A stretch of DNA of 64,000 nucleotides from a virus: positions 482 through 64,481 of the IMG/VR virus record IMGVR_UViG_3300036835_000374, one strand, 5' to 3'. Under the pieces are notes generated by a model. The model ran no database searches and was not told the DNA's origin. It worked only from the letters and a program-made list of their open reading frames with translations. Each line of letters opens with the position of its first letter. Position 1 is the first letter of the stretch. Below, piece after piece: positions 53,813-63,602 of this stretch. The position numbers and the translations under genes are program-made.

Positions 53813-55023
53813 TGGCCGCATTCAACTGGGGCGACCTGACCATCGGCCGGATCCCGCTCAGGGAGACGTTCGTTGCGACCGAGTCCGGCGGCGATGGCCG
53901 CGGCCTGGACCTGGAGGGGCAGGAGTCGTATCCGCCGTTGACCCGGGCGCAGGTCATCGCCCGGCACGATGGCATCAACGCGCTGATCCCGGGCCAGTGC
54001 ATTCCGGTGACGTTCACGGACAAACCGGAACGCAACGGCTACTATGCGGTGAAGTCGGCGGGCTCCACCTACACCGAGTACCTCAACGACTCGGTGACCG
54101 CCAGCTGGAAAGTGTCCCTGGACCGGATCGGCTCCGACTCGGAAACCGACCTCCAGAGCAGATTGACCGGCGCCGTCCGCCTCAACGACTTCAGCCTCAC
54201 GGGCGAGCGCTGGCATGCCCCGCCGGTCGGCCACTACGGCTACTACACCGGCACCACCAACCCCACCACCATGACGCGTGCCGGAGCGGACGGCACCATC
54301 ACCGTCTACCGCGGCGTACCCGCCGACGTCTCCCCGCGGTGGGGCTGCGACCCAACCGACTACCTGGTCGGCCGGGTCCGGGTCACGACCACGGCCTCGC
54401 AAGAGGTGTACGGCGTCGACGTGCCCCTCGCCGCGACCGGCTGGTCCCTGACCAACGGGCTGATCAACGTCACCTTGGGTGCGAGCGGCAGGCTCGACGT
54501 GCAGTCCTACACGGGTGGCGCGTACCACTCGAAACTCTGGGGGATCTTCTCGGACTCCTCCACGGAGGTCGTCTCCTGGGACGGGGCAGTCCTCCTGCGG
54601 AACGACCCGGAGATGGCGATCCTCCGCCTGGTCAAGAGCCTGTCGCCAGGGCGCTTCACCATGGACCTCACGCTGCGCCGCGGCAGCCGATTCGTCGAGG
54701 GCTACCTGCAGCGCGGCACCTCCGCGGACCAGTTGAAGGTTCGGTTGAACACGGCGGAGACGAACAACACAGCGTTGGCCGCATCCGGGTATGTGACCGC
54801 GACCAGTGATGACGCGGACGGCAACCGGTTCGTGGCCGGGTCGGCGCTGACGTTCACCGGGCACGCCAACGGCGGAGTGCAGAAGAACACCAGCACGACG
54901 ATGGACTTCTTCCTCGGCGTGGCAGCCGGCGGCGGCTCCGCGGTGTCCGGGGACGCGGCCACGGACCTGCGGAACATGTACATCGCATGTATGCCCGAGG
55001 CCGTCTATGGCGTGCGGAGGTAG
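53812..55023 (+). CDS. Minor tail protein (distal tail-like)
   Basis: Directly follows the tape measure gene. Confidence 0.7.
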   Translation: MAAFNWGDLTIGRIPLRETFVATESGGDGRGLDLEGQESYPPLTRAQVIARHDGINALIPGQCIPVTFTDKPERNGYYAVKSAGSTYTEYLNDSVTASWKVSLDRIGSDSETDLQSRLTGAVRLNDFSLTGERWHAPPVGHYGYYTGTTNPTTMTRAGADGTITVYRGVPADVSPRWGCDPTDYLVGRVRVTTTASQEVYGVDVPLAATGWSLTNGLINVTLGASGRLDVQSYTGGAYHSKLWGIFSDSSTEVVSWDGAVLLRNDPEMAILRLVKSLSPGRFTMDLTLRRGSRFVEGYLQRGTSADQLKVRLNTAETNNTALAASGYVTATSDDADGNRFVAGSALTFTGHANGGVQKNTSTTMDFFLGVAAGGGSAVSGDAATDLRNMYIACMPEAVYGVRR

Positions 55024-55028
55024 GGCGG

Positions 55029-57938
55029 GTGGCCGTTTCTGAAATCCTCAAAGCCCTCGGCTCGTGGGACGTCAAGCTCGCCCCGAACACCCCCCGCGAC
55101 GTCCTCGACGCCCTTGATTATTTTGGGCACGTCGCGATCGTCCCGGGCCGTCTCGACCCGGCCCAGTACGGCGACAACCTGCTCGCCGCAGCCCGCTACG
55201 TCGGCGTGCTCCGCACCCGAACGATCGGCGACGACGGCCGCACGAACGCCCCCCAGGACGATCTCAGCGTGGGCGGCGTCGGTATGGCGTTCTGGCTCGG
55301 CGATGAGGACGGCAAGGGCGACGTCTACGAGAACGCCGTCGAACCAGCCTCCACGAGTTTCGCCACCGCAATCAACATGCTGCTGCCCGCCTCGGGCGCG
55401 GTGACCGCGGGCACCATCTACAGCGTGTCCGGCCAGTACACCGGCCGCCACCAGTACGAGTCCCCCCGCAGCGCGATCACCTACGTGTGCGACACCATGT
55501 CCACCACCAGCGTGCCGGTCTCCTGGCGGGTCAACGGCGACGGCACGCTGGACGCCGGCCCCGAGAGCGATCTGTTCGTCACCGATCCGACGTGCGTGAT
55601 CATGGCGGTCGGTGCGGGCGAGGATATGACCTTGCGGGCGTTGCCCGGCAGCATAGATGTCACCCGGGATGTGGAGGACTACAGCACGCGAGTCGTCCTG
55701 CTCGCGGAGGGCGAGGGGTCGAGTATCGCCACCGGCAGCGCGGACATCTCGCCGGCGACCTCGTACAAGGACATCCACGGCAACACGCTGAAGCTGACGC
55801 GGCTCGTCAGCGAGTCGGATACGGCGACCGCGAACGCCGCCACCCGCGCGGAGTTGGCGCTGTCGCAGTTCACCTCGACCAGGAACGCCCTCAGCCTTTC
55901 GACGAGCGACTACGACGTCCACGGCACCTTCACCGTCGGCGATCACGTGTGGGTGTACGACCCGGACTCCGGGCTGGTGGACACGTCCACCGAGGTGACG
56001 TTCCGCGGCCTGCGGATCAACCCGATCAAACTGCAAGTGACTGAGACACAGTGGGCGATCACCGACCGGTACACGGTTGCCTACCGGTCCGGGGCCGGGG
56101 TGTGGACGGACCTCACCCAGTACGTGGAGTGGGAGACCGACAGCACGTCGAATGTGACGGTCGGGGACTTCTCCCGGCAGCTCACCAGCTCCTCGACCGA
56201 GCCGGTCGGCACCCGCCCCAACAGCGACACGTCCACGCCCGGCGTGCCCACGTTCATCGAGCCGTTCACCGGAGCCGCCTACCTCGACGACCGTGGCTTC
56301 ACCCGAGCACGGGTGATCCTCTCGTGGAACGCCCCGAACAACGTCGACGGCTCCACCGTGCTGGACGGCGACCACTACGACATCCGGTGGGCGATCGACA
56401 CCGACATGATCTACCCGGCGACCTGGGCGGCCGTGTCTCAGATCCGCTGGGAGGACATCCAGGTCTGGGCGCAGCCGTTCGCCGCCCCGTCCACGCAGTG
56501 GCAGTACATGACGGTGGCCTGGGACCACACCCAAGCTGAACTCCTCGACCTGTCCCCGGGGATCGGCTACGACGTGCAGATCCGCGGCGTGGACTCGACG
56601 GGGAACACGGGCGCCTGGTCCGGGACGACCACGTTCGTCGCCACCAGCGACAACATTCCGCCGTCCACGCCGGAGCCGCCGTCCGTGGCCGGGTCGCGGA
56701 TCGCCGTGCAGATCACCCACACCCTCGGCAAGAGCTCCGGCGGCACCTACAACCTCGAATCCGACCTCGACCACCTCGAAGTCCACGTGAGCTACGAGCC
56801 CACGTTCACGCCGTCCACCAGCACGCTCCTCGGCAAGGCCGTCGCGAACGCGGGCATGATCCAGGCGCAGATCCCCGTCGTCTACACCGTGCAGGTCGAG
56901 GAGACCTCCGCGCGGTACGTGCGGGTGGTCGCGGTCGATAAGGCCGGTAACAAGTCCGGCCCGTCGGACGCCGCGACCGCTACGGCGCTCCTCATCGACG
57001 ACGCCCACATCAGCGACCTCACCGTCACCAAGGTCACCGCCGGGACTATCTCCGCCGACTGGATCGTCGGCTCCCGCATCAAGACCGCCGACACCGGCGC
57101 ACGCGTCGAACTCTCGTCGGCCGGGATGCTCGCCTACGACTCCGCCGGCACCCAGACGGTGAACATCGCGGCCGCCGACGGCAGCGTGTCCATCATCGGG
57201 CAGCTCAAATCGGGCACCTCCGGCAAGCGCATCGAGATCAACCCCACCAGCACCTACCTCCCGGAGATCCGCTGGTACGCCAACACCGGCACCGACTTCG
57301 GCTACATCAACGCCGTCTCAGCAGGCACAGACGTCAGCCTCGGCATGAACTCCAGCGCCTACGATGACGGCGGCGTCGATGTCATCTCCCGCGTCTACCT
57401 GAACACCACCACCGCCGAACTGGCCGTCATCCGGGCTGACGACCAGACCCGCCGCGGAGGATTCGTCTGGGCCCTACCGGCCTCCCTGTACGCCGGCTAC
57501 CACCGGGCCAGCACGGACGGCGGACTCCTGATCGCCGACGACGCGAATGCCCTCCTCACCTCTCCCGGAGGCGGGTTCGCGTACCTCACAGCGTCGGCTA
57601 CGCAAATTGGTTTCGACTTCGGCGCCAGTACTGAGAACTGGTTCGGATTCGGCGACGACGGCATCACCTACCACTTCGGCAAGTGGGATGACTTCGTCGA
57701 CCGCGGCGCCCACGTGGGACTCTTCACCGGTTCCATCGACGCCACCAGCAGCGCGTCGTCCGTCGGGGTTTCCTTCGGAGCCACCAAGTCCTCGCAGCTC
57801 CTGCCGATGTATTCCATCCGCGACAACGTCGTGCACTCCAGCGCCGTCACCGCATCCGATGCCACCGGGTTCACCGTCGACATCAGCCCCGCCGGATCCG
57901 GGGCCTGGTCCATCTACTTCTGGTGCTTCCGGATCTGA
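55029..57938 (+). CDS. Minor tail / baseplate hub protein with FN3-like domains
   Basis: YDVQIRGVDSTGNTGAWS, YVRVVAVDKAGNKSGPS and ITKV/TAGTI-type repeats. Confidence 0.8.
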   Translation: MAVSEILKALGSWDVKLAPNTPRDVLDALDYFGHVAIVPGRLDPAQYGDNLLAAARYVGVLRTRTIGDDGRTNAPQDDLSVGGVGMAFWLGDEDGKGDVYENAVEPASTSFATAINMLLPASGAVTAGTIYSVSGQYTGRHQYESPRSAITYVCDTMSTTSVPVSWRVNGDGTLDAGPESDLFVTDPTCVIMAVGAGEDMTLRALPGSIDVTRDVEDYSTRVVLLAEGEGSSIATGSADISPATSYKDIHGNTLKLTRLVSESDTATANAATRAELALSQFTSTRNALSLSTSDYDVHGTFTVGDHVWVYDPDSGLVDTSTEVTFRGLRINPIKLQVTETQWAITDRYTVAYRSGAGVWTDLTQYVEWETDSTSNVTVGDFSRQLTSSSTEPVGTRPNSDTSTPGVPTFIEPFTGAAYLDDRGFTRARVILSWNAPNNVDGSTVLDGDHYDIRWAIDTDMIYPATWAAVSQIRWEDIQVWAQPFAAPSTQWQYMTVAWDHTQAELLDLSPGIGYDVQIRGVDSTGNTGAWSGTTTFVATSDNIPPSTPEPPSVAGSRIAVQITHTLGKSSGGTYNLESDLDHLEVHVSYEPTFTPSTSTLLGKAVANAGMIQAQIPVVYTVQVEETSARYVRVVAVDKAGNKSGPSDAATATALLIDDAHISDLTVTKVTAGTISADWIVGSRIKTADTGARVELSSAGMLAYDSAGTQTVNIAAADGSVSIIGQLKSGTSGKRIEINPTSTYLPEIRWYANTGTDFGYINAVSAGTDVSLGMNSSAYDDGGVDVISRVYLNTTTAELAVIRADDQTRRGGFVWALPASLYAGYHRASTDGGLLIADDANALLTSPGGGFAYLTASATQIGFDFGASTENWFGFGDDGITYHFGKWDDFVDRGAHVGLFTGSIDATSSASSVGVSFGATKSSQLLPMYSIRDNVVHSSAVTASDATGFTVDISPAGSGAWSIYFWCFRI

Positions 57939-57946
57939 GGAGACCC

Positions 57947-58441
57947 ATGGACACCTACACCGTGACCGAAGTCCGGGAATACCGGCCCGACAACGAGACT
58001 CCCTGCTGGATGCTGGTCATGGAACGCCCGGACGGCGGCACCCATTTGCAGGTCATGCCGAAGAGCATCATCGACTGGCGGATGGCCGAGTACGGAGTCG
58101 ATGCGGAAACCGCGCTCGACATGGTCCTGCACGAGCCGTTCGCCGCCCGCCTCCGCGCCCCGGGTGAGATCCCGGCGCTGTTCACCGCGGACAGTGTGCA
58201 GGCTGCTCGTGACAGCCACCTGACGCTGGTGCAGCGCGCCAAGGAGGAAGTCGTCCATGTCGTGACTGCCGCGCAGAAGCCGCGGGCCGTGGATCCCCTG
58301 GACGTCATCCGGCAGGCCCCGCGTGCATCCGACCAGATGGTCACCGCGATGCGGCAGTCCGTCGTCGCCGCCCGCGGCAGTCTCCGCAAGACCGCCCCCA
58401 TACGTACTGCCGACTTGGCCAGGGAGGCCCCGCATGCCTGA
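57947..58441 (+). CDS. Hypothetical tail-region protein
   Basis: GAGGAG RBS. Confidence 0.6.
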   Translation: MDTYTVTEVREYRPDNETPCWMLVMERPDGGTHLQVMPKSIIDWRMAEYGVDAETALDMVLHEPFAARLRAPGEIPALFTADSVQAARDSHLTLVQRAKEEVVHVVTAAQKPRAVDPLDVIRQAPRASDQMVTAMRQSVVAARGSLRKTAPIRTADLAREAPHA

Positions 58442-59453
58442 CACCCCGACCACCCGTTTGGGCTTGTACAAGTCTTTGTCTGACGGCTCGGAACTGGTCG
58501 ACTACTCCCAGGACATCGGCCAGAACCTCGACCTGATCGACCTTGCGGCCGGATTCCAGATCGTCACCTCGTCGACGCGCCCGTCCAGCCCGTACTCCGG
58601 GAAGCCGATCGCCGAGTCCGACACCTCGTACCGCACCTACTTCTCCAACGGCACCAGCCCAGCGAGCGCCAGCTGGGTGGAGATACCCAACAGCAGCGGC
58701 ACGTTCGGCGGGAACCTCGCCCTGTCCTCCTCCAGCAGTCTGTCTATCGGCGCCGCCACGCTGACCCGCTCCTCCGGCGGCGCCGTCAGCAGCAACACCA
58801 ACTACCAGGCGTCGCGATCCGACACCACCGACATCGCCTACAGCGCCCTCGTCACCGGAGACACCTTCGACCGAACCCGGATCTACACCGATGGCAAGTT
58901 CGAACTCGGGCCCGGAAACGCCGCACGCGACACCAACCTGTACCGGTCAGCGGCCGACACCCTGAAAACCGACGACAGCCTCATCGTCGGCACCAACCTC
59001 ACCGTGTCCGGGACCGCCGCCATCACCGGAAACCTCACGGTGAGCACGACCACCTGGACGACGTACACGCCGACCGTCGCCAACGGCGGCACCGTCACCT
59101 GGACCACGCGAACCGGCTACTACTACAAGCTCGGCAAGATTGTCTTCGTGTGCATCTACCTCAACGCCAACGCCGCAGGCAGCGGCACCAGCATCGTCAC
59201 CGTCGACATGCCCTCCTCCGTCGACCGAGGCAACCGGCAAGCCCTCACCCTGCATGCCGAAACCATCGGCGCCAACGGCAACGCCACGAGCAGCATTCGC
59301 GGCGGCGAGTGCGTGTTCTTCACCGGCGGCAGCGGCGCAACCTGCGACAGGCTGCGTGTCGACAACGGCACTTCCAACGAGTCCAACATCCAGGGCGTCG
59401 ACCTGCTGTCCGGTGGCCTCATCACCATTCAGGGCTGGTACCGCGAAGCCTAA
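58434..59453 (+). CDS. Tail fibre / receptor-binding protein
   Basis: TTRLGLYK N-terminus, RDTNLYRSAADTLKTDD motif, WTTYTPT...GYYYKLGKIVFV tip domain. Confidence 0.75.
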   Translation: MPDTPTTRLGLYKSLSDGSELVDYSQDIGQNLDLIDLAAGFQIVTSSTRPSSPYSGKPIAESDTSYRTYFSNGTSPASASWVEIPNSSGTFGGNLALSSSSSLSIGAATLTRSSGGAVSSNTNYQASRSDTTDIAYSALVTGDTFDRTRIYTDGKFELGPGNAARDTNLYRSAADTLKTDDSLIVGTNLTVSGTAAITGNLTVSTTTWTTYTPTVANGGTVTWTTRTGYYYKLGKIVFVCIYLNANAAGSGTSIVTVDMPSSVDRGNRQALTLHAETIGANGNATSSIRGGECVFFTGGSGATCDRLRVDNGTSNESNIQGVDLLSGGLITIQGWYREA

Positions 59454-59476
59454 GGGCGCGTTGCAGGTAGGTGTCG

Positions 59477-59707
59477 CTAGCTGAGGTCGTCGCCAGGGTG
59501 CGGAGGCTGCGTCGCGAGATCGGGGCCGCCGCTGGGGGCCGGGGCGGCGCCGGCCTGCTGGAGTCTGCTGTTCCCCTCCTGCGCAGCGGCGAGTTTGCGC
59601 TCCAGGATGTCGTTTTGGGCTTGGAGGAGCAGGTTGGCCTCGAAGAGTTCTCTCACCTTCTTCTGGAAGGTGGGGAACGCGTCCTCGATGCTGATCTGCT
59701 GGCTCAT
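59477..59707 (-). CDS. Small coiled-coil protein
   Basis: MSQQISIEDAF...ENLLLQAQ-like heptads. Confidence 0.6.
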   Translation of the reverse strand: MSQQISIEDAFPTFQKKVRELFEANLLLQAQNDILERKLAAAQEGNSRLQQAGAAPAPSGGPDLATQPPHPGDDLS

Positions 59708-59895
59708 GGCTGCTCCGGCGGGTTGAGGGTGTCGTTGAGGGCGAGGATGGCTTGGGCTACGGCTGCGGTCGCGATGGCTTGCGCTCGTGCGGCGTTGGCG
59801 ATGGCGACGTCGGTGGTGGTGCGCCGGCCTTGGATCTCGGCGAGGGTGTCGCGGGCTGCGATGAGGCTGGCTTCGGCGTCGGAGCGGTGGGTCAC
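59704..59895 (-). CDS. Small Ala-rich protein
   Basis: Coupled on both sides. Confidence 0.5.
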   Translation of the reverse strand: MTHRSDAEASLIAARDTLAEIQGRRTTTDVAIANAARAQAIATAAVAQAILALNDTLNPPEQP

Positions 59896-59897
59896 GG

Positions 59898-60773
59898 TCA
59901 GGCTCCGATCTTCTCGGCGAGCGCACGGTACCGGTCGAGGATGTCCGTGCTCGTCAGGTGGGGCTTCTGCGGCTTGAAGGAGTAGTGGGAGACGAGGGCG
60001 TTGCCGACGAGGATGTTGGAGACGCCGGTCTTCAGCGGGCGGGCGACGGTGTGCCAGTTCTCCTCCTCGATCGTGACCGGGTTCGGGTCGAGGACGCCCG
60101 GCCCGTCGGGGAGGTCGCGGTACATGGAGCCGAGGGACGCGAAGCAGGACACGGAGAACTGGGTGCCAGGCTTGATCGGGAAGCTCTGGTACAGCTCCAG
60201 GTCGTCCGCACGCCCGGCGTCGATCTTGTCCAGTAGCAGTTCGTGGATCTTCACGGCGAATGCCCCGTCGGCCCAGCCGACGGGGTCCATGCAGTACATC
60301 GTGCACCGCCCCCACTCCCGCGGGATCAGCCCCTGCATCTGCGCGAAGTAGGACACGATCGCGTTGTTCCACATCGTCGAGAACACGGCGGCCGGCGCGG
60401 GCTGAGCCAGCCGCTGCGAGACAAGGTTGCTGACCGCGTGCTCGTCGACCCAGACGATGTCGTCATCCATGCGGATGTACACCGTCTGCGGGTCGGTCAT
60501 GTACTCGTAGGCGAAGCCGGTGTTCCGTTGGATGATCCGATTTCTCGGTCGGCCGCCGGGGCGTTCCTTCAGGTGGAACCACGGGTACGTCGCGGCGAGC
60601 TCGTGGGCGTAGGCGATGTCCGCCTCCTGCCCGACCGGCTCGGTGTTCATGTACGCCCAGACTTCGTCGACGAGGCCCCGTTCGACGTCCCGGCGGAGGT
60701 AGTTGATGAGGATGCTGTACGTGGGGATCCTGCCGTAAGGAGTCCACACGATCACCCGGTGGCCATTGATCAT
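59898..60773 (-). CDS. Atypical GT-A-like glycosyltransferase
   Basis: VIVWTPYGR N-terminus, YIRMDDDIVWVD DxD motif, SHYSF C-terminal His. Confidence 0.65.
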   Translation of the reverse strand: MINGHRVIVWTPYGRIPTYSILINYLRRDVERGLVDEVWAYMNTEPVGQEADIAYAHELAATYPWFHLKERPGGRPRNRIIQRNTGFAYEYMTDPQTVYIRMDDDIVWVDEHAVSNLVSQRLAQPAPAAVFSTMWNNAIVSYFAQMQGLIPREWGRCTMYCMDPVGWADGAFAVKIHELLLDKIDAGRADDLELYQSFPIKPGTQFSVSCFASLGSMYRDLPDGPGVLDPNPVTIEEENWHTVARPLKTGVSNILVGNALVSHYSFKPQKPHLTSTDILDRYRALAEKIGA

Positions 60774-60801
60774 AATCGTCCCTTCAGCGAGAGCGCGGGC
60801 G

Positions 60802-61002
60802 TCAGAGAACTTCGTAGATGAGCTTGACCTGCTCCCACGGGACGAAGACCCGGTAGTCCACCTCATTGAGGGTGTGCTCGACAATGACGCCGTGCTCCTG
60901 GAATTCGATCGCGGTGGCGTCATAGGTGTCGCCGAACGTCAGGTGAACGACGCGGAGGTCGGCGCCGTCGGTGAAGCTGATCTGCTTGATGTCAGTGGCC
61001 AT
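60802..61002 (-). CDS. Hypothetical protein
   Basis: 66 aa, GGAGG RBS, coupled. Confidence 0.55.
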   Translation of the reverse strand: MATDIKQISFTDGADLRVVHLTFGDTYDATAIEFQEHGVIVEHTLNEVDYRVFVPWEQVKLIYEVL

Positions 61003-61723
61003 GGCTGGCCTCCGTTCGTTGTCGGTGGAGTTCCCAGACGTCTGGGTGCTTGGCGCGGATCAGCGCCACGGTCTGGTCGTGGATGCTGGCGCGCTGCTCG
61101 TGGAGTTGGCCGGGCCGCATCCGGTAGTAGTAGGTCGGCTCTGCGACTACGCCGTAGTCGGTGTATCCGGCCTTGAGCACTTTGATCCAGAACTCCCAGT
61201 CCTCGGCGCACCCGTAGGAGCCAGGCACGCTCACGTCCGCCGAATAGCCACCGACCGCCTGCCACACCTCGGAACGGATGAGCGCGTAGTTGACAACCGG
61301 CGGCCACACCGCAAAGTCCGCGAGCGTGGCGTGCGTGTCGGAGGCCTGGACGACGTTCTCCCCGCCGATCTGCTGGGCATAGGTGACGACCCAGTCGTGG
61401 CGGGTGAGGGCACGGGCGCACTGTTCGATGCAGTCGAGGCGCAGCCAGTCGTCGGCGTTGGCGGTGAAGATGGCGTCGCAGCCGTCGGCGAGGGCCAGGG
61501 CCGCAGCGTGGTTGAGAGTGGCGGGCCAGCCTTGCCGTTCCTCGTGGCGGACGAGGCGCCGGTACCAGTGGGGCCGGTCGGTGAGGAATTCGGTGGTGCC
61601 GTCGTCGGACGCGTCGTCGACGATGTAGGCGGCACACGGATGGGTTTGGGCGTTGATGCTGGTGAGGCAGGTTTCGATGTAGGGGGCTACGTTGCGAGCG
61701 GGGAGCGCGATACCGATCTTCAT
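60992..61723 (-). CDS. Glycosyltransferase family 2
   Basis: IALPARN, IVDDASDDGT, NADD and EDWEFW motifs. Confidence 0.9.
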   Translation of the reverse strand: MKIGIALPARNVAPYIETCLTSINAQTHPCAAYIVDDASDDGTTEFLTDRPHWYRRLVRHEERQGWPATLNHAAALALADGCDAIFTANADDWLRLDCIEQCARALTRHDWVVTYAQQIGGENVVQASDTHATLADFAVWPPVVNYALIRSEVWQAVGGYSADVSVPGSYGCAEDWEFWIKVLKAGYTDYGVVAEPTYYYRMRPGQLHEQRASIHDQTVALIRAKHPDVWELHRQRTEASHGH

Positions 61724-61923
61724 CCGATGGCCTCCTGCCAGGCGCGGCTGTCGGGGAACCGGTCGGCGGCAAGGACGGCGGCGATAGCGGCGAGGAAGTG
61801 GGCTTGGGCCATGGCGGCTTCGTGCATGGCGCCCGTGACGTCTCCGTTGTGGGCTTCCTGCCATTGGTAGTCGCTGGCGCGCATACGCTCCTCGCCCTCC
61901 CGGTAATGCTCGGGCCCGTTCAT
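61720..61923 (-). CDS. Hypothetical protein
   Basis: MNGPEHYREGEE..., coupled. Confidence 0.55.
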   Translation of the reverse strand: MNGPEHYREGEERMRASDYQWQEAHNGDVTGAMHEAAMAQAHFLAAIAAVLAADRFPDSRAWQEAIG

Positions 61924-62942
61924 ACCGCCGCCCTCTCCGGGACGCGTACGACGGCGTCCCACTGCTGGTTCAACGCCTGCAAAATGCTCCGTGACGCCCG
62001 CGACCGGGCCGCCAACCCCATCCGCTGCCGCAGCCCCGCATCGTCCACCAGCCGCTTCACATACCGGCCGAACAGGTGCTCCTGGCCAGGCGGCACCAAG
62101 AACCCCGTCTCGCCGTGAACGACCGCATCCCGGTACGGGCCGATCCCGGACGCCACCAGCGGGATCCCCAGGAACCCGGCCTCCAGCGCCTTCGTCGCGA
62201 ACTTCGCCCGGTTGAACGCGATGTCCCGGTACGGGGCCACCCACACATCGAACTCAGAGACCACATCCCGGAGGTACTGCTCCGGCTGCGGCACCCAACC
62301 CAACGCACCCACCCGCGTGCCCTTCAACCCGCGCTGCATCGCCTGCTCGGGCGTGATCCCCACCAGCCGCACCATGACCCCGCCCGGCCGACGGTAATCC
62401 GCAATCCGGGACAGGGCCCGCGCCGCCAACGGCAGCTCGGCGACCGTGCTCCCCGACCCGGCCCAGCCGACGTACAGCGGCCGGCCCACCGCCTCGTAGT
62501 CACGCGGGACGCTCAGGTACTGGGCGGGCAGCCCGTTCGGCACCACCCTGACGTCGACCGCGTACTCGCGCAGCACTTCGGCGAGGGGCTCCGAGCAGCA
62601 GGTGACCACATCCGACAGCGCCAGATTCGCGGCCAGCGACTGCTGCATCTCCGGCGTCCACACCGCGACTGCCGCCTGGTTGGCGGGGTCGAGGTGGAAG
62701 TAGTCGTCATCCAAGTCCAGCACGAGCCTGATCCCGCGCTCCTTCAACGCCCGCCACGCCTTGCTCGCCCCCGGCATCGCGATACGACACCCGATCATCG
62801 CGTCCAACGGTTCCTCATCCGGCGGCCGGCGCTGCCCCATCGACATGTGATGGCCGAGCCAGGACAGGCCGAGAGCGACGAGGTGGCCGCGGTACCAGCC
62901 GGATCCGGCTGCGTCGGCGGTCCAGATGTGCACGCGCGTCAT
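61920..62942 (-). CDS. Glycosyltransferase, GT-B fold (family 4-like)
   Basis: DLDDDYF, VVPNGLP, AKFATKALEAGFLGIPLVAS and HGETGFLV motifs. Confidence 0.9.
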   Translation of the reverse strand: MTRVHIWTADAAGSGWYRGHLVALGLSWLGHHMSMGQRRPPDEEPLDAMIGCRIAMPGASKAWRALKERGIRLVLDLDDDYFHLDPANQAAVAVWTPEMQQSLAANLALSDVVTCCSEPLAEVLREYAVDVRVVPNGLPAQYLSVPRDYEAVGRPLYVGWAGSGSTVAELPLAARALSRIADYRRPGGVMVRLVGITPEQAMQRGLKGTRVGALGWVPQPEQYLRDVVSEFDVWVAPYRDIAFNRAKFATKALEAGFLGIPLVASGIGPYRDAVVHGETGFLVPPGQEHLFGRYVKRLVDDAGLRQRMGLAARSRASRSILQALNQQWDAVVRVPERAAV

Positions 62943-62944
62943 GA

Positions 62945-63328
62945 CTACGGCGCCTTCGGCCTGCTGGCGTGTACTGGCTGTCCGCCGCCGTCGGTCTTGG
63001 GCTCCTCGTCGACGAGCGTGTACGTCTTGCCGCCGTCGGTGGACATGGCGCGCGAGTCGCGAGTGTTCTGCCAGATCGGGTAGCCGCTCATCTCGGATCG
63101 GTCTTCCCACTCGGCGGGATCGTCGGTGAGTGGGCTGAGGGGCTGGTAGCGCAGCAGCTTCTCCAGTACGACGGTGGAGTGCTCGGCGGAGAACCCGCTG
63201 TGTCCCATTTCCGCGAAGGCTGCGATGACCTTGCACAGGCCGTTGGTGAGCCATTCGTCTTCGCCGATGAGGGCGAGTTCGCGGCGGGCATGGTCTACGA
63301 GCGGGCTGTCGGTTGCGGTACGGGCCAT
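62945..63328 (-). CDS. Conserved-looking phage hypothetical protein
   Basis: GHSGFSA...PLSPLTDDPAEW...WQNTR motif. Confidence 0.6.
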   Translation of the reverse strand: MARTATDSPLVDHARRELALIGEDEWLTNGLCKVIAAFAEMGHSGFSAEHSTVVLEKLLRYQPLSPLTDDPAEWEDRSEMSGYPIWQNTRDSRAMSTDGGKTYTLVDEEPKTDGGGQPVHASRPKAP

Positions 63329-63346
63329 GGGCGCGGGCTCCTGTGG

Positions 63347-63586
63347 TCAGTGGTGGGAGAGCAGGAAGAGGGTCCGCTTGCCGAAGCAGAGGCCGATTTC
63401 CCACTTGCTGCCGTCGCGGGCTATGTGGAGTGGTGTGAGGTGGAACTGCCACAGCCAGCGGCTGCGACGGTAGGTGCGGTAGCCACGCGGCTGGACGTGC
63501 CCGAGGTAGAGGGCCTTCCAGTGCCAGGCCTTGTCACCTCGCCAGATGGTCTTGAGGTGGCGCGTGCTCTCAGCGGTCGTCGACAT
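63347..63586 (-). CDS. Hypothetical Trp/His-rich protein
   Basis: 79 aa, in the minus-strand operon. Confidence 0.5.
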   Translation of the reverse strand: MSTTAESTRHLKTIWRGDKAWHWKALYLGHVQPRGYRTYRRSRWLWQFHLTPLHIARDGSKWEIGLCFGKRTLFLLSHH

Positions 63587-63602
63587 GGATGCGCTCTTTC
63601 GG

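Noticed and set aside
57947-59453. Diversity-generating retroelement acting on the tail fibre
   Set aside because: No reverse transcriptase and no template/variable repeat pair seen in the window.
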